A stretch of DNA of 64,000 bases, from positions 10,108-74,107 of the forward strand of contig JAQBYJ010000001.1 in the NCBI GenBank assembly GCA_027622555.1, given 5' to 3'. Of the stretch, positions 1 to 8,757 are shown piece by piece (the stretch's first letter is position 1; every line of letters starts with the position of its first letter). Below the pieces are notes generated by a model, which worked only from the letters and a program-made list of their open reading frames with translations, was not told the DNA's origin and searched no databases. The position numbers and the translations under genes were made by a program. The DNA is from Verrucomicrobiota bacterium. GTDB lineage: Bacteria; Verrucomicrobiota; Verrucomicrobiia; Opitutales; UBA2995.

Positions 1-543
1 TCGCGATTGAACTTCTTGTAGACGAATGTTGAGGGAATTCGCTTCTGCCCTGATTCGGGCCAGTTCCTTTTTCAAGGAAAGAATCTCAGCGTCTTTTTGT
101 TCTATGACATTGAGCATATCCATACGCTCAAGCTCAGCATCGAAGAGATTGGCTGGAAAGGTTCGTGCAAATTCTTTTTTGGCGGTGTCGATAAGCTCAC
201 GCACCATAGGGGCCTGCCTTGATGTAGGATTGAACTTAAGGTATTCGCGGAAATGATAAATCGCCAGAACAGGATCTTTGGCATGTTCCAAATAAAGCTG
301 TCCAACATTCAGATGGGACTCAGGTGCAACCGTCACGGTATCAATGACCTTAAGGAAAGCAGTAAGCGCCTGGTCGTGTCGACCCTGCCGCAAATAATCC
401 TCTCCATTTCGAAAACTTGCCAAACTTTGTTCAGAAACTTCTTCTCCTTTTGGCGGAATACAACCTGAAAGCCCAAGTAAGCAAGCTACCACGCCCAATA
501 CAGGCAGTCGTATTTTAAAAGCTAATTGGATAATAGAGGACAT
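1..543 (-). CDS. TPR/coiled-coil lipoprotein, N-terminal 181 codons (3' end runs off the window)
   Basis: Absent from the ORF track because no stop lies inside the window. Minus-strand ATG at 543 reads MSSIIQLAFKIRLPVLGVVACLLGLSGC (lipobox LSGC). TPR-like helices follow (GEDYLRQGRHDQALTAFLKVI, NVGQLYLEHAKDPVLAIYHFREYL), then a heptad-like tail (ELERMDMLNVIEQKDAEILSLKKELARIRAEANSL). The frame stays open to base 1. Confidence 0.7.
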   Translation of the reverse strand, partial: MSSIIQLAFKIRLPVLGVVACLLGLSGCIPPKGEEVSEQSLASFRNGEDYLRQGRHDQALTAFLKVIDTVTVAPESHLNVGQLYLEHAKDPVLAIYHFREYLKFNPTSRQAPMVRELIDTAKKEFARTFPANLFDAELERMDMLNVIEQKDAEILSLKKELARIRAEANSLNIRLQEVQSR

Positions 544-620
544 CGTTGAAAGGTATTGATAACCTAAATGAGTGAAATAGTGTGGGGGAAGTTAGAAGTA
601 ACTAACAATAGTATTTTCAC

Positions 621-1601
621 GTGAATTCTCAATCAATACTTCAAAGGGCCAAGCACTTTATGCAATTAGAGTCTCAGGCTATTCTCGATACCGCGGAAAC
701 GCTTGACGACTCCTTCGTTCAGGTTGTTGAGGCCATACAAAAAGTCGTAAACGGAAAACGTAAATTGATTCTTGCCGGCCTGGGGAAAAATGCAGGTATT
801 TGCCAAAAACTGGTGGGGACTTTCAATAGCATTGGAGTAAGTTCTGCATTTCTCGATCCCGTCCAAGCAGCACATGGTGACTTGGGCATGTGCCAGGAAG
901 AGGATTTAGCATTCGTTTTTAGTAATAGCGGTGAGACAAGAGAAGTCCTTGAGTTGATTCCCTTACTTCGGAGGGTCGGTGTTCAAACTGTGGCGATAAC
1001 CAGTGATAAAGAAAGTCGGCTAGCAAGTAATTGTGATAGGGTGCTGACTTATCTAGCCAAAGAGGAAGCCTGCCCGTTGAATCTTGCACCAACCGCTAGC
1101 ACAACCGCATCGCTGGCCCTTATCGATGCAGTGGCTATGGTTTTTTTAGACCAACGAGAATTTGACAAAGAAGATTTTGCAAAATTTCATCCCTCCGGAT
1201 CACTGGGAGCGAGTTTACTATTAAGGGTTAATGAAATCATGCGGAAAGGCGACCGGTTTGCCACCATCCTTGTAGGAGCCACCGTACAGGAAACTATCGT
1301 GGAGATGACTCGAGCAAAAGCCGGGTCGATAACAATAATAAATAATGAGGGCTTTTTAAAAGGGATCTTTACGGACGCTGATTTGAGAAGAGCCATTTTG
1401 AAGAACTCTGAAGTCTTCACGCGGCCAATCAATGATTTCATGACGACACATCCTATCACTATTCAGACGGGTGCGCTTGTTGCAGATGCCTTAAAAGTTT
1501 TTGAGGAAAATCCAATCGATGACCTGTTGGTAGTCAGCGAAGAAGGAAAACCCTTGGGAATGATAGACGGCCAGGATTTACCCAAGCTACGAGTCGTCTA
1601 A
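621..1601 (+). CDS. kdsD: arabinose-5-phosphate isomerase (KpsF/GutQ family, SIS + tandem CBS domains)
   Basis: 326 aa. SIS-domain motifs GLGKNAGICQKL and FSNSGETRE, followed by two CBS-like repeats (GIFTDADLRR, GMIDGQDL). GTG start. Confidence 0.85.
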   Translation: MNSQSILQRAKHFMQLESQAILDTAETLDDSFVQVVEAIQKVVNGKRKLILAGLGKNAGICQKLVGTFNSIGVSSAFLDPVQAAHGDLGMCQEEDLAFVFSNSGETREVLELIPLLRRVGVQTVAITSDKESRLASNCDRVLTYLAKEEACPLNLAPTASTTASLALIDAVAMVFLDQREFDKEDFAKFHPSGSLGASLLLRVNEIMRKGDRFATILVGATVQETIVEMTRAKAGSITIINNEGFLKGIFTDADLRRAILKNSEVFTRPINDFMTTHPITIQTGALVADALKVFEENPIDDLLVVSEEGKPLGMIDGQDLPKLRVV

Positions 1602-1604
1602 AGG

Positions 1605-2024
1605 CTATTCGCCCATGATGGTTACAGTTAGTTTCCGATTGTGAGGCGCTGTTCGATGCTCCCACAAGAACATTCCCTGCCAGGTACCCAGACTAGAGCG
1701 GCCATTCGAAAACGGAATATTTTCAGAAGAACGGGTAAGGGCCATTTTGATATGACTGGGCATATCATCGGGGCCTTCGTAGGTATGAGTGTAATGAGGG
1801 TCGTTTTCCGGAACTAATCGCTCAAAATAGTTTTCCAAATCTCGTCGTGCGGAAGGATCGGCGTTCTCCATAAGAACAAGACTGCAGCTGGTATGATGAC
1901 AAAAGACAGAAGCGATTCCTACCTGATAACCAGATGAAGCGATTTTGTCTTGAAGCAGATCACTTATTTCAACGGTACCTTTTCCTCTCGTCTGGATTGA
2001 AATAGTGGATTGAAAAACGGCCAT
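1605..2024 (-). CDS. YjbQ/UPF0047 family protein (secondary thiamine-phosphate synthase-like)
   Basis: 139 aa. Typical family size and motifs (CHHTSCSLVLMENADP, HIKMALT, GTWQGMFLWEHR). Confidence 0.8.
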   Translation of the reverse strand: MAVFQSTISIQTRGKGTVEISDLLQDKIASSGYQVGIASVFCHHTSCSLVLMENADPSARRDLENYFERLVPENDPHYTHTYEGPDDMPSHIKMALTRSSENIPFSNGRSSLGTWQGMFLWEHRTAPHNRKLTVTIMGE

Positions 2025-2057
2025 TTAACGAAGGCTCAATAAAAAGTGCTAGTAGCC

Positions 2058-3155
2058 TTAGGAAGGTTTTTCTTCCTCACCAACCGAGTCGCTATTTATT
2101 TCCTCTGCAGGATTGGTCATTTTTGCAGGTTCGGGGATTTTTGGTAGATCCTCGGGTCGCTCCGTAACTTTGACGGTGAAATCTTGAAGTACTCCATCTC
2201 TAAAAACCTGGACATCCAAAAATTGGCCGGCCCTGGCAAAAAACATGGCGTTGCGCACATCCGATATTGATTGGATTGAAAAATCTCCCATCCGGACCAA
2301 TACGTCATCTTTTCTCAACCCGGCCTGAGCCGAAGGAGAATTCGACATAACTTCTGTCAGATATATCTGACGGCCATCGCGAATAGTTGATCGAACTCCG
2401 AGATCGATACCAACCCAACCGTGAATAAATTTCCCGGCAAAAAGCAGATCGTCGCGGATTCTAAGTACAGATGTCGCTGGTAATACATACCCATAGCCAA
2501 TTTCAGCAGGAGTAGACCGAACTAAAATACCAAGAAATCGCCCATTCAGATCAAAAAGCGGAGCACCACCCTCTCCGCCTCGAACCGTATGGTTTATTCG
2601 AAAATGTGTAGTATCAAATTCCCTATTCGCAAAGCTCGTGTCTGCACCAGCTACCATCGTAAAAAGCGGAGAGGGATCAAAGGTCCAAGGGCAAGATACC
2701 ATTACGGCCATTGACCCGACCTCTGGAAGTGCCTGGTTTGGCTCTGGAATAAAGTAGGTAAAGTTTTCAGGAAGATTATTGGCTTTTAGAAGAGCGAGAT
2801 TGTTTGAGGCCTCTACACCTATTAGCTCCGAAGAATAATCAACTCCTTTGAATTTAAACCACGTCCGATCAGAGTTCATAACCACAGAGGCGTTAGCTAA
2901 AATGTGCCCCTCCCTGCTTATGAAGAACCCGGTACCGCTGGATTGCCCGATTTGCAGGTCTCCCTTCTCATCGTAGGTCGTATGGGCTGCCATTACACGA
3001 AACACGCCGTTCGAATTTTCAGCAAAGATCCCCGTAATACGCCGCTGAAGTGAGCTATACTCGCTATCAGACTGGGCAAACAAAGATCCTGACAATGTGA
3101 CCAATGAAACTACAAAACTGATTACCCGAACCTTCATGGCACGAGGATGGCTCAA
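2058..3155 (-). CDS. HtrA/DegS-like trypsin-fold + PDZ protein with a degenerate catalytic triad (predicted pseudoprotease), secreted
   Basis: 365 aa with a signal peptide (VISFVVSLVTLSGSLFAQS). Trypsin-2-like core aligns by eye to DegP: GTGFFISREGHILANASVV vs GSGVII..GYVVTNNHVV, NNLALLKA vs SDIALIQ, RGGEGGAPLFDLNGRFLGI vs RGNSGGALVNLNGELIGI. C-terminal PDZ (GWVGIDLG...SPSAQAGLRKDDVLVRMGD). Overlaps the upstream anti-sigma gene by 4 nt. Confidence 0.75.
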   Translation of the reverse strand: MSHPRAMKVRVISFVVSLVTLSGSLFAQSDSEYSSLQRRITGIFAENSNGVFRVMAAHTTYDEKGDLQIGQSSGTGFFISREGHILANASVVMNSDRTWFKFKGVDYSSELIGVEASNNLALLKANNLPENFTYFIPEPNQALPEVGSMAVMVSCPWTFDPSPLFTMVAGADTSFANREFDTTHFRINHTVRGGEGGAPLFDLNGRFLGILVRSTPAEIGYGYVLPATSVLRIRDDLLFAGKFIHGWVGIDLGVRSTIRDGRQIYLTEVMSNSPSAQAGLRKDDVLVRMGDFSIQSISDVRNAMFFARAGQFLDVQVFRDGVLQDFTVKVTERPEDLPKIPEPAKMTNPAEEINSDSVGEEEKPS

Positions 3156-3733
3156 AATCCCACTGCCTGCTGGCGCATTGCCATGCCAAATGTGGGAGAA
3201 TCGTGAGCAATAGTGTAGGAAACTAATGCAGCGACAAATCGATTATCGGCTGGTATAGTAGATGTTGGAAATTCCCGAGTATAAGACAGCGATTCGGGCT
3301 CATCATTGGGAATCAAATCCATCACGAAGATGGCAGATGCCGTGGACGCCGACTGATCGGTAATTGATTCAGCAATTACGGGTATTTCAGATTCTTCAAC
3401 GGAGTTGTCCGTATAGCTACTCAACTGAGTCCCGATTTCTTCTGCCATGAGGACGGCATCGTAGTATTCGTTCTGACGCGGAGCATTTTCTTGAAAATTG
3501 ACTATAAGAACAAACAACGCAACAGCTGCACAAGACAGAGGCACCAAAACACTGGAGCGAGCAAAGAATGCAGGTACGAGACGACTCCAGGAAGATTCTT
3601 TCTTAATAAGAGTCTGTAATTGACGCTGGCGGAAGTCTTTCTGAAACCCATCCCAAAAATCTTCAGCTGGCTTTTCAGCCCTTTTAAGGTCAAAAAGCTG
3701 ATCTAAATCTAATTTGTTAGAACTATTCGGCAT
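3152..3733 (-). CDS. putative anti-sigma factor (single-pass membrane protein)
   Basis: 193 aa, starting 9 nt downstream of the ECF sigma gene. Short cytoplasmic N-terminus, one TM helix (VLVPLSCAAVALFVLIVNF), extracytoplasmic C-terminus. No ZAS HxxxCxxC motif. The call rests on position and topology only. Confidence 0.55.
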   Translation of the reverse strand: MPNSSNKLDLDQLFDLKRAEKPAEDFWDGFQKDFRQRQLQTLIKKESSWSRLVPAFFARSSVLVPLSCAAVALFVLIVNFQENAPRQNEYYDAVLMAEEIGTQLSSYTDNSVEESEIPVIAESITDQSASTASAIFVMDLIPNDEPESLSYTREFPTSTIPADNRFVAALVSYTIAHDSPTFGMAMRQQAVGF

Positions 3734-3742
3734 GAAAGGATA

Positions 3743-4408
3743 TTAATCTAAAAGGTCTTGAAGTTCTGATTGAAGCTGCTTTTTGGCGTAGTGCAGTCGG
3801 GAGCGCACAGTGCCTACTGAACAGTTCATAATTTCGGCGATGTCTTGATGCGATAGTTTATCAATTTCAAACAACACAATTACGGTTCTATGCTTAACAG
3901 ACAACGTTTGCAGCGCTTCGTTCAATTTATGTTGTAATTCTTTTATTAACGTTGGTCTTTCAGCGCTGGTCTTGGTAGCTAGAACCTCAAGAACATCGCT
4001 GGACCCAGTTTCTTCGGCTATGTGCTCATAGCTAAGAAATCTGCGGTGACGGTTCTTTTTCAAGTGTGAAAGGCTGGTGTTTACAGCAATTCGATAAAGC
4101 CACGTGAAAAATGAGGATTTCCCCTGAAAGCGCCCAATAGATTGAAAGGCCTTAATAAAGGAATCCTGCGAAAGATCATAGGAATCCTCCTTATTGGAGG
4201 TGAGGTTATAAATAACCGAGTAGATACGCTCCCGGTATTTAATAACTAACTCGTCGAATGCAGCTACATCCCCACTTTGCACACGCTGAACAACCACCCA
4301 GTCAGAGTCTCTCTCGGACAATGCCTTTGAAGTTCCAGCGAATGGATGTGTTATAGCTTTAACGAGATTCACAAAATAGAGAGTTAGGCGAGAATTTCCT
4401 AAAATCAA
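3743..4408 (-). CDS. ECF (group 4) sigma-70 family RNA polymerase sigma factor
   Basis: Region 2 (FDELVIKYRERIYSVIYNLT, DLSQDSFIKAFQSIGRF, FFTWLYRIAVNTSL) and region 4 HTH (LSHQDIAEIMNCSVGTVRSRLHYAKKQL). The N-terminus of the 221-aa ORF may be over-extended. Confidence 0.85.
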   Translation of the reverse strand: MILGNSRLTLYFVNLVKAITHPFAGTSKALSERDSDWVVVQRVQSGDVAAFDELVIKYRERIYSVIYNLTSNKEDSYDLSQDSFIKAFQSIGRFQGKSSFFTWLYRIAVNTSLSHLKKNRHRRFLSYEHIAEETGSSDVLEVLATKTSAERPTLIKELQHKLNEALQTLSVKHRTVIVLFEIDKLSHQDIAEIMNCSVGTVRSRLHYAKKQLQSELQDLLD

Positions 4409-4496
4409 CCTAAAACATAGGGGCAGATTTCTCGTTATTATGAATTTTAAATAATATTCTTTCCAAACCCCCGTAGACCCGTTTCGGTCAACCCTT

Positions 4497-5105
4497 ATGG
4501 ATTCTCCCCTTATACAGCTGTGTTTTTTAGGAATAGTAGCCTATGTCTTTTACCTTTGGCTTTCAGATCTCAAAAAAAACAAGGGCGGGGTTGCAGTGCC
4601 GGGTGCCTTGCCGGGAGCAAGCAGCACTTCATTTAAGTGGATTGCGATTGGGGTTATTGGCGCAGTCACTCTTGTGATTGCTGAAACGATCGGAGAGAAT
4701 GTGCTTGGAGTCAGTTCTGAGCAAACGTCGATGACTCTCCTTCTTGCCCTGGTAACAATAGCCGCAGGATTTGGAGAGGAACTCATATTCCGAGGATATC
4801 TGGTTGTTCAAAACAAAGGCAGTTCAACCCTTTGGCTCAGTGTGTTAGCTTTTTCTATTATTTTTGCTCTGATTCACCCTTACCTTTGGAGTTGGGAAGA
4901 TGGAACCCTTCATATAATTCTAACCAGCAAAGCCATCTTCAGCACAAGCGTAGTCCTCCTAAATTCAATTTGGTTCTACTATCTCAGGTTTTCAGTATTT
5001 AACGAAAATAAAAGCTTGTGGCCGTGTATAGCTGCACACGCTTCATCCAACGCGGCAGTTTTCGTTGTCAAGTTGGCCCAAGGACATGTGAGTGGACTTT
5101 ACTAA
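4497..5105 (+). CDS. CPBP family intramembrane glutamic endopeptidase (CAAX protease-like)
   Basis: 202 aa, multi-pass membrane protein. The three CPBP motifs are visible: EELIFRGYL, FALIHP, HASSNAAV. Divergent from the ECF sigma gene, 88-bp spacer. Confidence 0.8.
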   Translation: MDSPLIQLCFLGIVAYVFYLWLSDLKKNKGGVAVPGALPGASSTSFKWIAIGVIGAVTLVIAETIGENVLGVSSEQTSMTLLLALVTIAAGFGEELIFRGYLVVQNKGSSTLWLSVLAFSIIFALIHPYLWSWEDGTLHIILTSKAIFSTSVVLLNSIWFYYLRFSVFNENKSLWPCIAAHASSNAAVFVVKLAQGHVSGLY

Positions 5106-5140
5106 AAAAAAGCGAAGGAATACATCCTCCGCTTCTTTTA
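5104..5140. terminator. bidirectional rho-independent terminator between the convergent CPBP and secretin genes
   Basis: aaaaaaaAGCGAAGGAatacaTCCTCCGCTtctttta: imperfect 8-9 bp stem flanked by an A-run and a T-run. Confidence 0.55.
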
Positions 5141-5162
5141 TAAAATCTGCTATGATATTTTT

Positions 5163-7037
5163 TTAACGAAGCTTCAACATGAAAGGACGGTCATCTGTTT
5201 CACCTGATACTTCGGATTGTTCACGCTCTCTTTCGCGGCGGGCCTCAAGGTCTTTAAGGTCGCCAAGTTGGCCTTGAAGTTTCATTTGGTGCTCAATATC
5301 AGACACTTGATTCCGATACTGCTCTACTGCCTGTAAGAGTTCACGCTCCCGGCTGCTAAGTTCGTAGCCTGGGATATCTTCAGCGCGAATATCCATATTA
5401 TGGAGCATACGAGGATCAATAACCTCTTCGTAAGAACTACCATCTGGATTTAGTGTTTTCGCGGTGATAAAGATAATCAAATTACGCTGCGTAAGTGAGT
5501 TTGACTCAGACCTGAACAAGCGTCCAAGGCCGGGGATATCTCCAAGTAACGGCACTTTGCTGGTCTCAATCGTGTCGGTGCTTTCGATCAAACCACCAAT
5601 GGCTAGCGTGTAACCGTCTTTGATGGTGATATGGGTAGATGTTTTCCGAGTTGAAATAATTGGAACTTCAGTTCCGCTGGCTCCACCTAAAGGAACGGTG
5701 CCTGCGCGAGCGCTCACTTCAGGTTGAATGTCCAAGTTAATGAAACCTGCACTGTTCACCTGAGGTGTAACATTCAGATTAATACCGATAGACTTGTATT
5801 CGATGTCACTGATCTCAAACGTGCCACGTTCTTCATTATAGGTGAATTTTGGAATTGGATAATCTTCACCAATATTGATCGTCGCCTTACTGTTGTTAAG
5901 GGTAACCAACGTCGGATTAGAAACGAGTTTTACGTCAGTATCGGTCTTCAATGCACTCAAAACAACCTGGAATTGGTCAGCCGAGTATACCGAAGTTGAC
6001 ATACGATCAAAGGAATTACCTGCAGTCATTCCGCTCAACAAATTATTAGTTGTAAGGCGTTCGCCAATCACTTCATTCGCAATGTTGGTCGATGAAGTGG
6101 AACGGTTACTTGTAGGCAACCCAGTAAGATTGTCGACAACTGCTTGATTCAACAAAGAGGTACCATTGGTTGTGGTCCTTTCATCCGTGTTATTAAAACC
6201 GTTTGATCCATTGACATTGCTACCATGGTTATTCCCACTCGAATCCGTTTGCGAGAAAGGACCCGCCTGAACACCATAACCACTCAATGAAGCCCAGTTA
6301 ACTCCAATATTACTGAGATCTCGGTCAGAAGCTTCAATGAACTTGGATTCAATCATAATCTGATCCGTTGGCTTATCAAGGCGATCAATGATCTCTTGAA
6401 TTTTATCCATACGAGATGGGCGCTCAGTTATAACGAGTGCGTTACTCCGCACATCAACCTGAACACGTCCACCAATCTCCGGACTTACCAAAGGTTCAAT
6501 AGTCTTATGAATATCTTCAGCCCTTGCAAAATTGATTAAAAAGACCCGAGTATCCGTAGGTTCAAGAGCCAACTCTTCGCGGCTAACGACCTTAATGATA
6601 TTCGTATCTTTTACATAGGTATATCCGACCGGTGCGAGAACTACTTCAAAGACCTGCTCCCAAGTAACATCACGCAACTTTACGCTGGTCCTACCAACCA
6701 ATGTGTCAGGAATAACAAGATTGAGCTCATAAAGATCGGCCACATTACGAAGGACAGAACGAATTTCCTCGTCGGGGAAATCGATGGTTATGGTTTCGTC
6801 GGATTGCAAAAGCGTTCCGGCTCCACTGCCTTCGTCTCCAAAATCAATCAAGTCAACTACCTGATCGCCAGAGGATCCAGGCTGAGCCAAACCGGAGTTC
6901 AGAACTTCGTCTGAATCTGCGACACGATCCTCAGCTTGAATGATGACTTCCTCGGCCCGTTGAATGGGACTTTGCCCGACAGCCAAACTGGAAGGCAGCA
7001 AAGGAATTGTGAACAGAAGTATTAGTTTTTTGGTCAT
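5163..7037 (-). CDS. pilQ: secretin (type IV pilus PilQ / type II secretion GspD family)
   Basis: 624 aa with signal peptide and N-terminal secretin_N-type repeats. C-terminal secretin core has VPLLGDIPGLGRLFRS and NLIIFITAK. Last gene of the pilMNOP-like operon. Carries an S/N/T-rich insert and a charged coiled-coil tail. Confidence 0.85.
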   Translation of the reverse strand: MTKKLILLFTIPLLPSSLAVGQSPIQRAEEVIIQAEDRVADSDEVLNSGLAQPGSSGDQVVDLIDFGDEGSGAGTLLQSDETITIDFPDEEIRSVLRNVADLYELNLVIPDTLVGRTSVKLRDVTWEQVFEVVLAPVGYTYVKDTNIIKVVSREELALEPTDTRVFLINFARAEDIHKTIEPLVSPEIGGRVQVDVRSNALVITERPSRMDKIQEIIDRLDKPTDQIMIESKFIEASDRDLSNIGVNWASLSGYGVQAGPFSQTDSSGNNHGSNVNGSNGFNNTDERTTTNGTSLLNQAVVDNLTGLPTSNRSTSSTNIANEVIGERLTTNNLLSGMTAGNSFDRMSTSVYSADQFQVVLSALKTDTDVKLVSNPTLVTLNNSKATINIGEDYPIPKFTYNEERGTFEISDIEYKSIGINLNVTPQVNSAGFINLDIQPEVSARAGTVPLGGASGTEVPIISTRKTSTHITIKDGYTLAIGGLIESTDTIETSKVPLLGDIPGLGRLFRSESNSLTQRNLIIFITAKTLNPDGSSYEEVIDPRMLHNMDIRAEDIPGYELSSRERELLQAVEQYRNQVSDIEHQMKLQGQLGDLKDLEARREREREQSEVSGETDDRPFMLKLR

Positions 7038-7044
7038 AGCAAGA

Positions 7045-7533
7045 TTACTCCATGGAAATCGTCTTCGATTCAGAGTTTAGGTTGAGAGTGAACGAATTAT
7101 TTTTGATATTGTTTATTTCTATAGCGTAGCGCTTTTGTTCATGTATAAAATTAAAGGACACTCCGTCCTCTACCTTTTTCCCGTTCAGGATAAGGTATTG
7201 CTGGCCTCCTTGGTCGATAAAACCGGAAGGTCTTAATTGTTTCGCCGCCAAGGCCAGAATCTCGCTATCTGTAATTTCGTGAACTTCTGCGACCTCCTCT
7301 TCCACTGCAACGACCTCTTCTACCGGATCTTCCTTAACTAATAGATGAAAGGGATCATTGAGTGATTCAGGATTGAATTCGCTCGAAGCTGGTGTAGTTC
7401 CAAGAAGCTTCCGGGCAGTCTGAAGAACATCGTTCTGCTTTTCCTTGGTAATCACGACCCGAGCTTGCACACTGCAAAGCCCAGAAATGAAAATCATCAA
7501 TGCGGCTGTTTTGACTATTAAGTTATTTGTCAT
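7045..7533 (-). CDS. PilP-like pilus/secretin assembly protein
   Basis: 162 aa. Signal/anchor helix, acidic linker (VEEVVAVEEEVAEV), C-terminal beta domain (GGQQYLILNGKKVEDGVSF). Sits between the PilO-like gene and the secretin. Assignment is by position and architecture. Confidence 0.5.
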   Translation of the reverse strand: MTNNLIVKTAALMIFISGLCSVQARVVITKEKQNDVLQTARKLLGTTPASSEFNPESLNDPFHLLVKEDPVEEVVAVEEEVAEVHEITDSEILALAAKQLRPSGFIDQGGQQYLILNGKKVEDGVSFNFIHEQKRYAIEINNIKNNSFTLNLNSESKTISME

Positions 7534-8095
7534 TCAAGGAAAGTAGTTCTAAATTTAAAGTCAGAGAAATTGTTTTTGTTTCCTCTGTAGCAGGCTTTGA
7601 AGAAACTTTAAGACCGTTATATCGATATAGAAGCGGGCTATTCTCAAGTGAGTGGATAAATTTTAAGACATTTTTAAATGTGCCAGAAACCGTGACTGCC
7701 ATGCTCAACGGCTGATACTCAACCTTAACACCCGTTGGAATGATTGGTTCAGCTATCATTTCTGGTCTTTGAAAGCTCTCCAACGAAACCCCGGATTCAC
7801 GCTCAAGAGTATAAAACACATCGTGAATATCAGCCAGGTTTTGTGAAATGAACCGGTCATTCATCAAACTGGTGTACTGCTTGATAGTGTCTAGATTCGC
7901 AGCTAAGTCAGTGCCGTTTTTCTGATTTGAAATTAATAAATTAACCTCATCTCGCAGTTCATCGTACTGAGTTTTAAGATCAGTTGCGGGACCTGTCCGG
8001 ATGAAATAGACTCCTATCAGTATTATGGTGGCGATAATTCCAAACAATAGGACACGAAATTCTTTTATTTTTTCAGTTAAATATTCTTTGTTCAT
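7523..8095 (-). CDS. PilO-like bitopic inner-membrane pilus assembly protein
   Basis: 190 aa. N-terminal TM (LLFGIIATIILIGVYFI), coiled coil, C-terminal alpha/beta domain. 4-nt and 11-nt overlaps with its neighbours. Confidence 0.5.
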   Translation of the reverse strand: MNKEYLTEKIKEFRVLLFGIIATIILIGVYFIRTGPATDLKTQYDELRDEVNLLISNQKNGTDLAANLDTIKQYTSLMNDRFISQNLADIHDVFYTLERESGVSLESFQRPEMIAEPIIPTGVKVEYQPLSMAVTVSGTFKNVLKFIHSLENSPLLYRYNGLKVSSKPATEETKTISLTLNLELLSLNDK

Positions 8096-8757
8096 TTTTC
8101 GTCGCTCCCTTCGGATTGTGTTCCTTCAGACATAGTAATGCTAACTACGAAATTCAGAGTATCCGTAATTTGATCCCTAGCCAGGTTATCGAGAAATGCT
8201 TCATTCAAATGAGCAGCCAATAGTTCCTCTTTTCGCAAATCTTCAACGAACTTATTGACATGTGAAACCGCACTCTGGCCTTCCTGGACGACGTACCCAG
8301 ATATCCGCGACTCCCAAGTATCGACTACATCATCCCCATCAACGCGATTTGACTTTTTGAGGTCCATGGAGGAGATAACCATATCAACTGGAACCTGCAC
8401 AGCGATCGCTTCCAGGTAGTCACTCAATGGGAAAAGATTGTGGTAATATTTCTCAAGAGATTCCACCTTGGAGGACTCTTTCAAAAAATCGCGGCTTAAG
8501 CTTACAAGCTCAGTGTTGGAAGAATCCAAGGCAGCTTGTTCATCTTCGAGTTTTCCTATATCATCACGAATCGAGGACAACGAAAGCTCTTGTTGCACCC
8601 ACAGTATAGCTACAAATAGAGGAACAACAATTGCCACAACGTTCACAAAGAACCTGGTACGTATGACTTTAATGTCCGGAAGAGCGTCCGGATTCCTGAA
8701 GTCTTGATGCCAAGCGGCGACTGCCTTCTGTTTTCTTTTCTTAATGTTAATCTTCAT
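8092..8757 (-). CDS. PilN-like bitopic inner-membrane pilus assembly protein
   Basis: 221 aa. Basic N-terminus, one TM (FFVNVVAIVVPLFVAILWV), coiled coil (IGKLEDEQAALDSSNTELVSL). Lies between the PilM-like and PilO-like genes. Confidence 0.5.
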   Translation of the reverse strand: MKINIKKRKQKAVAAWHQDFRNPDALPDIKVIRTRFFVNVVAIVVPLFVAILWVQQELSLSSIRDDIGKLEDEQAALDSSNTELVSLSRDFLKESSKVESLEKYYHNLFPLSDYLEAIAVQVPVDMVISSMDLKKSNRVDGDDVVDTWESRISGYVVQEGQSAVSHVNKFVEDLRKEELLAAHLNEAFLDNLARDQITDTLNFVVSITMSEGTQSEGSDEK

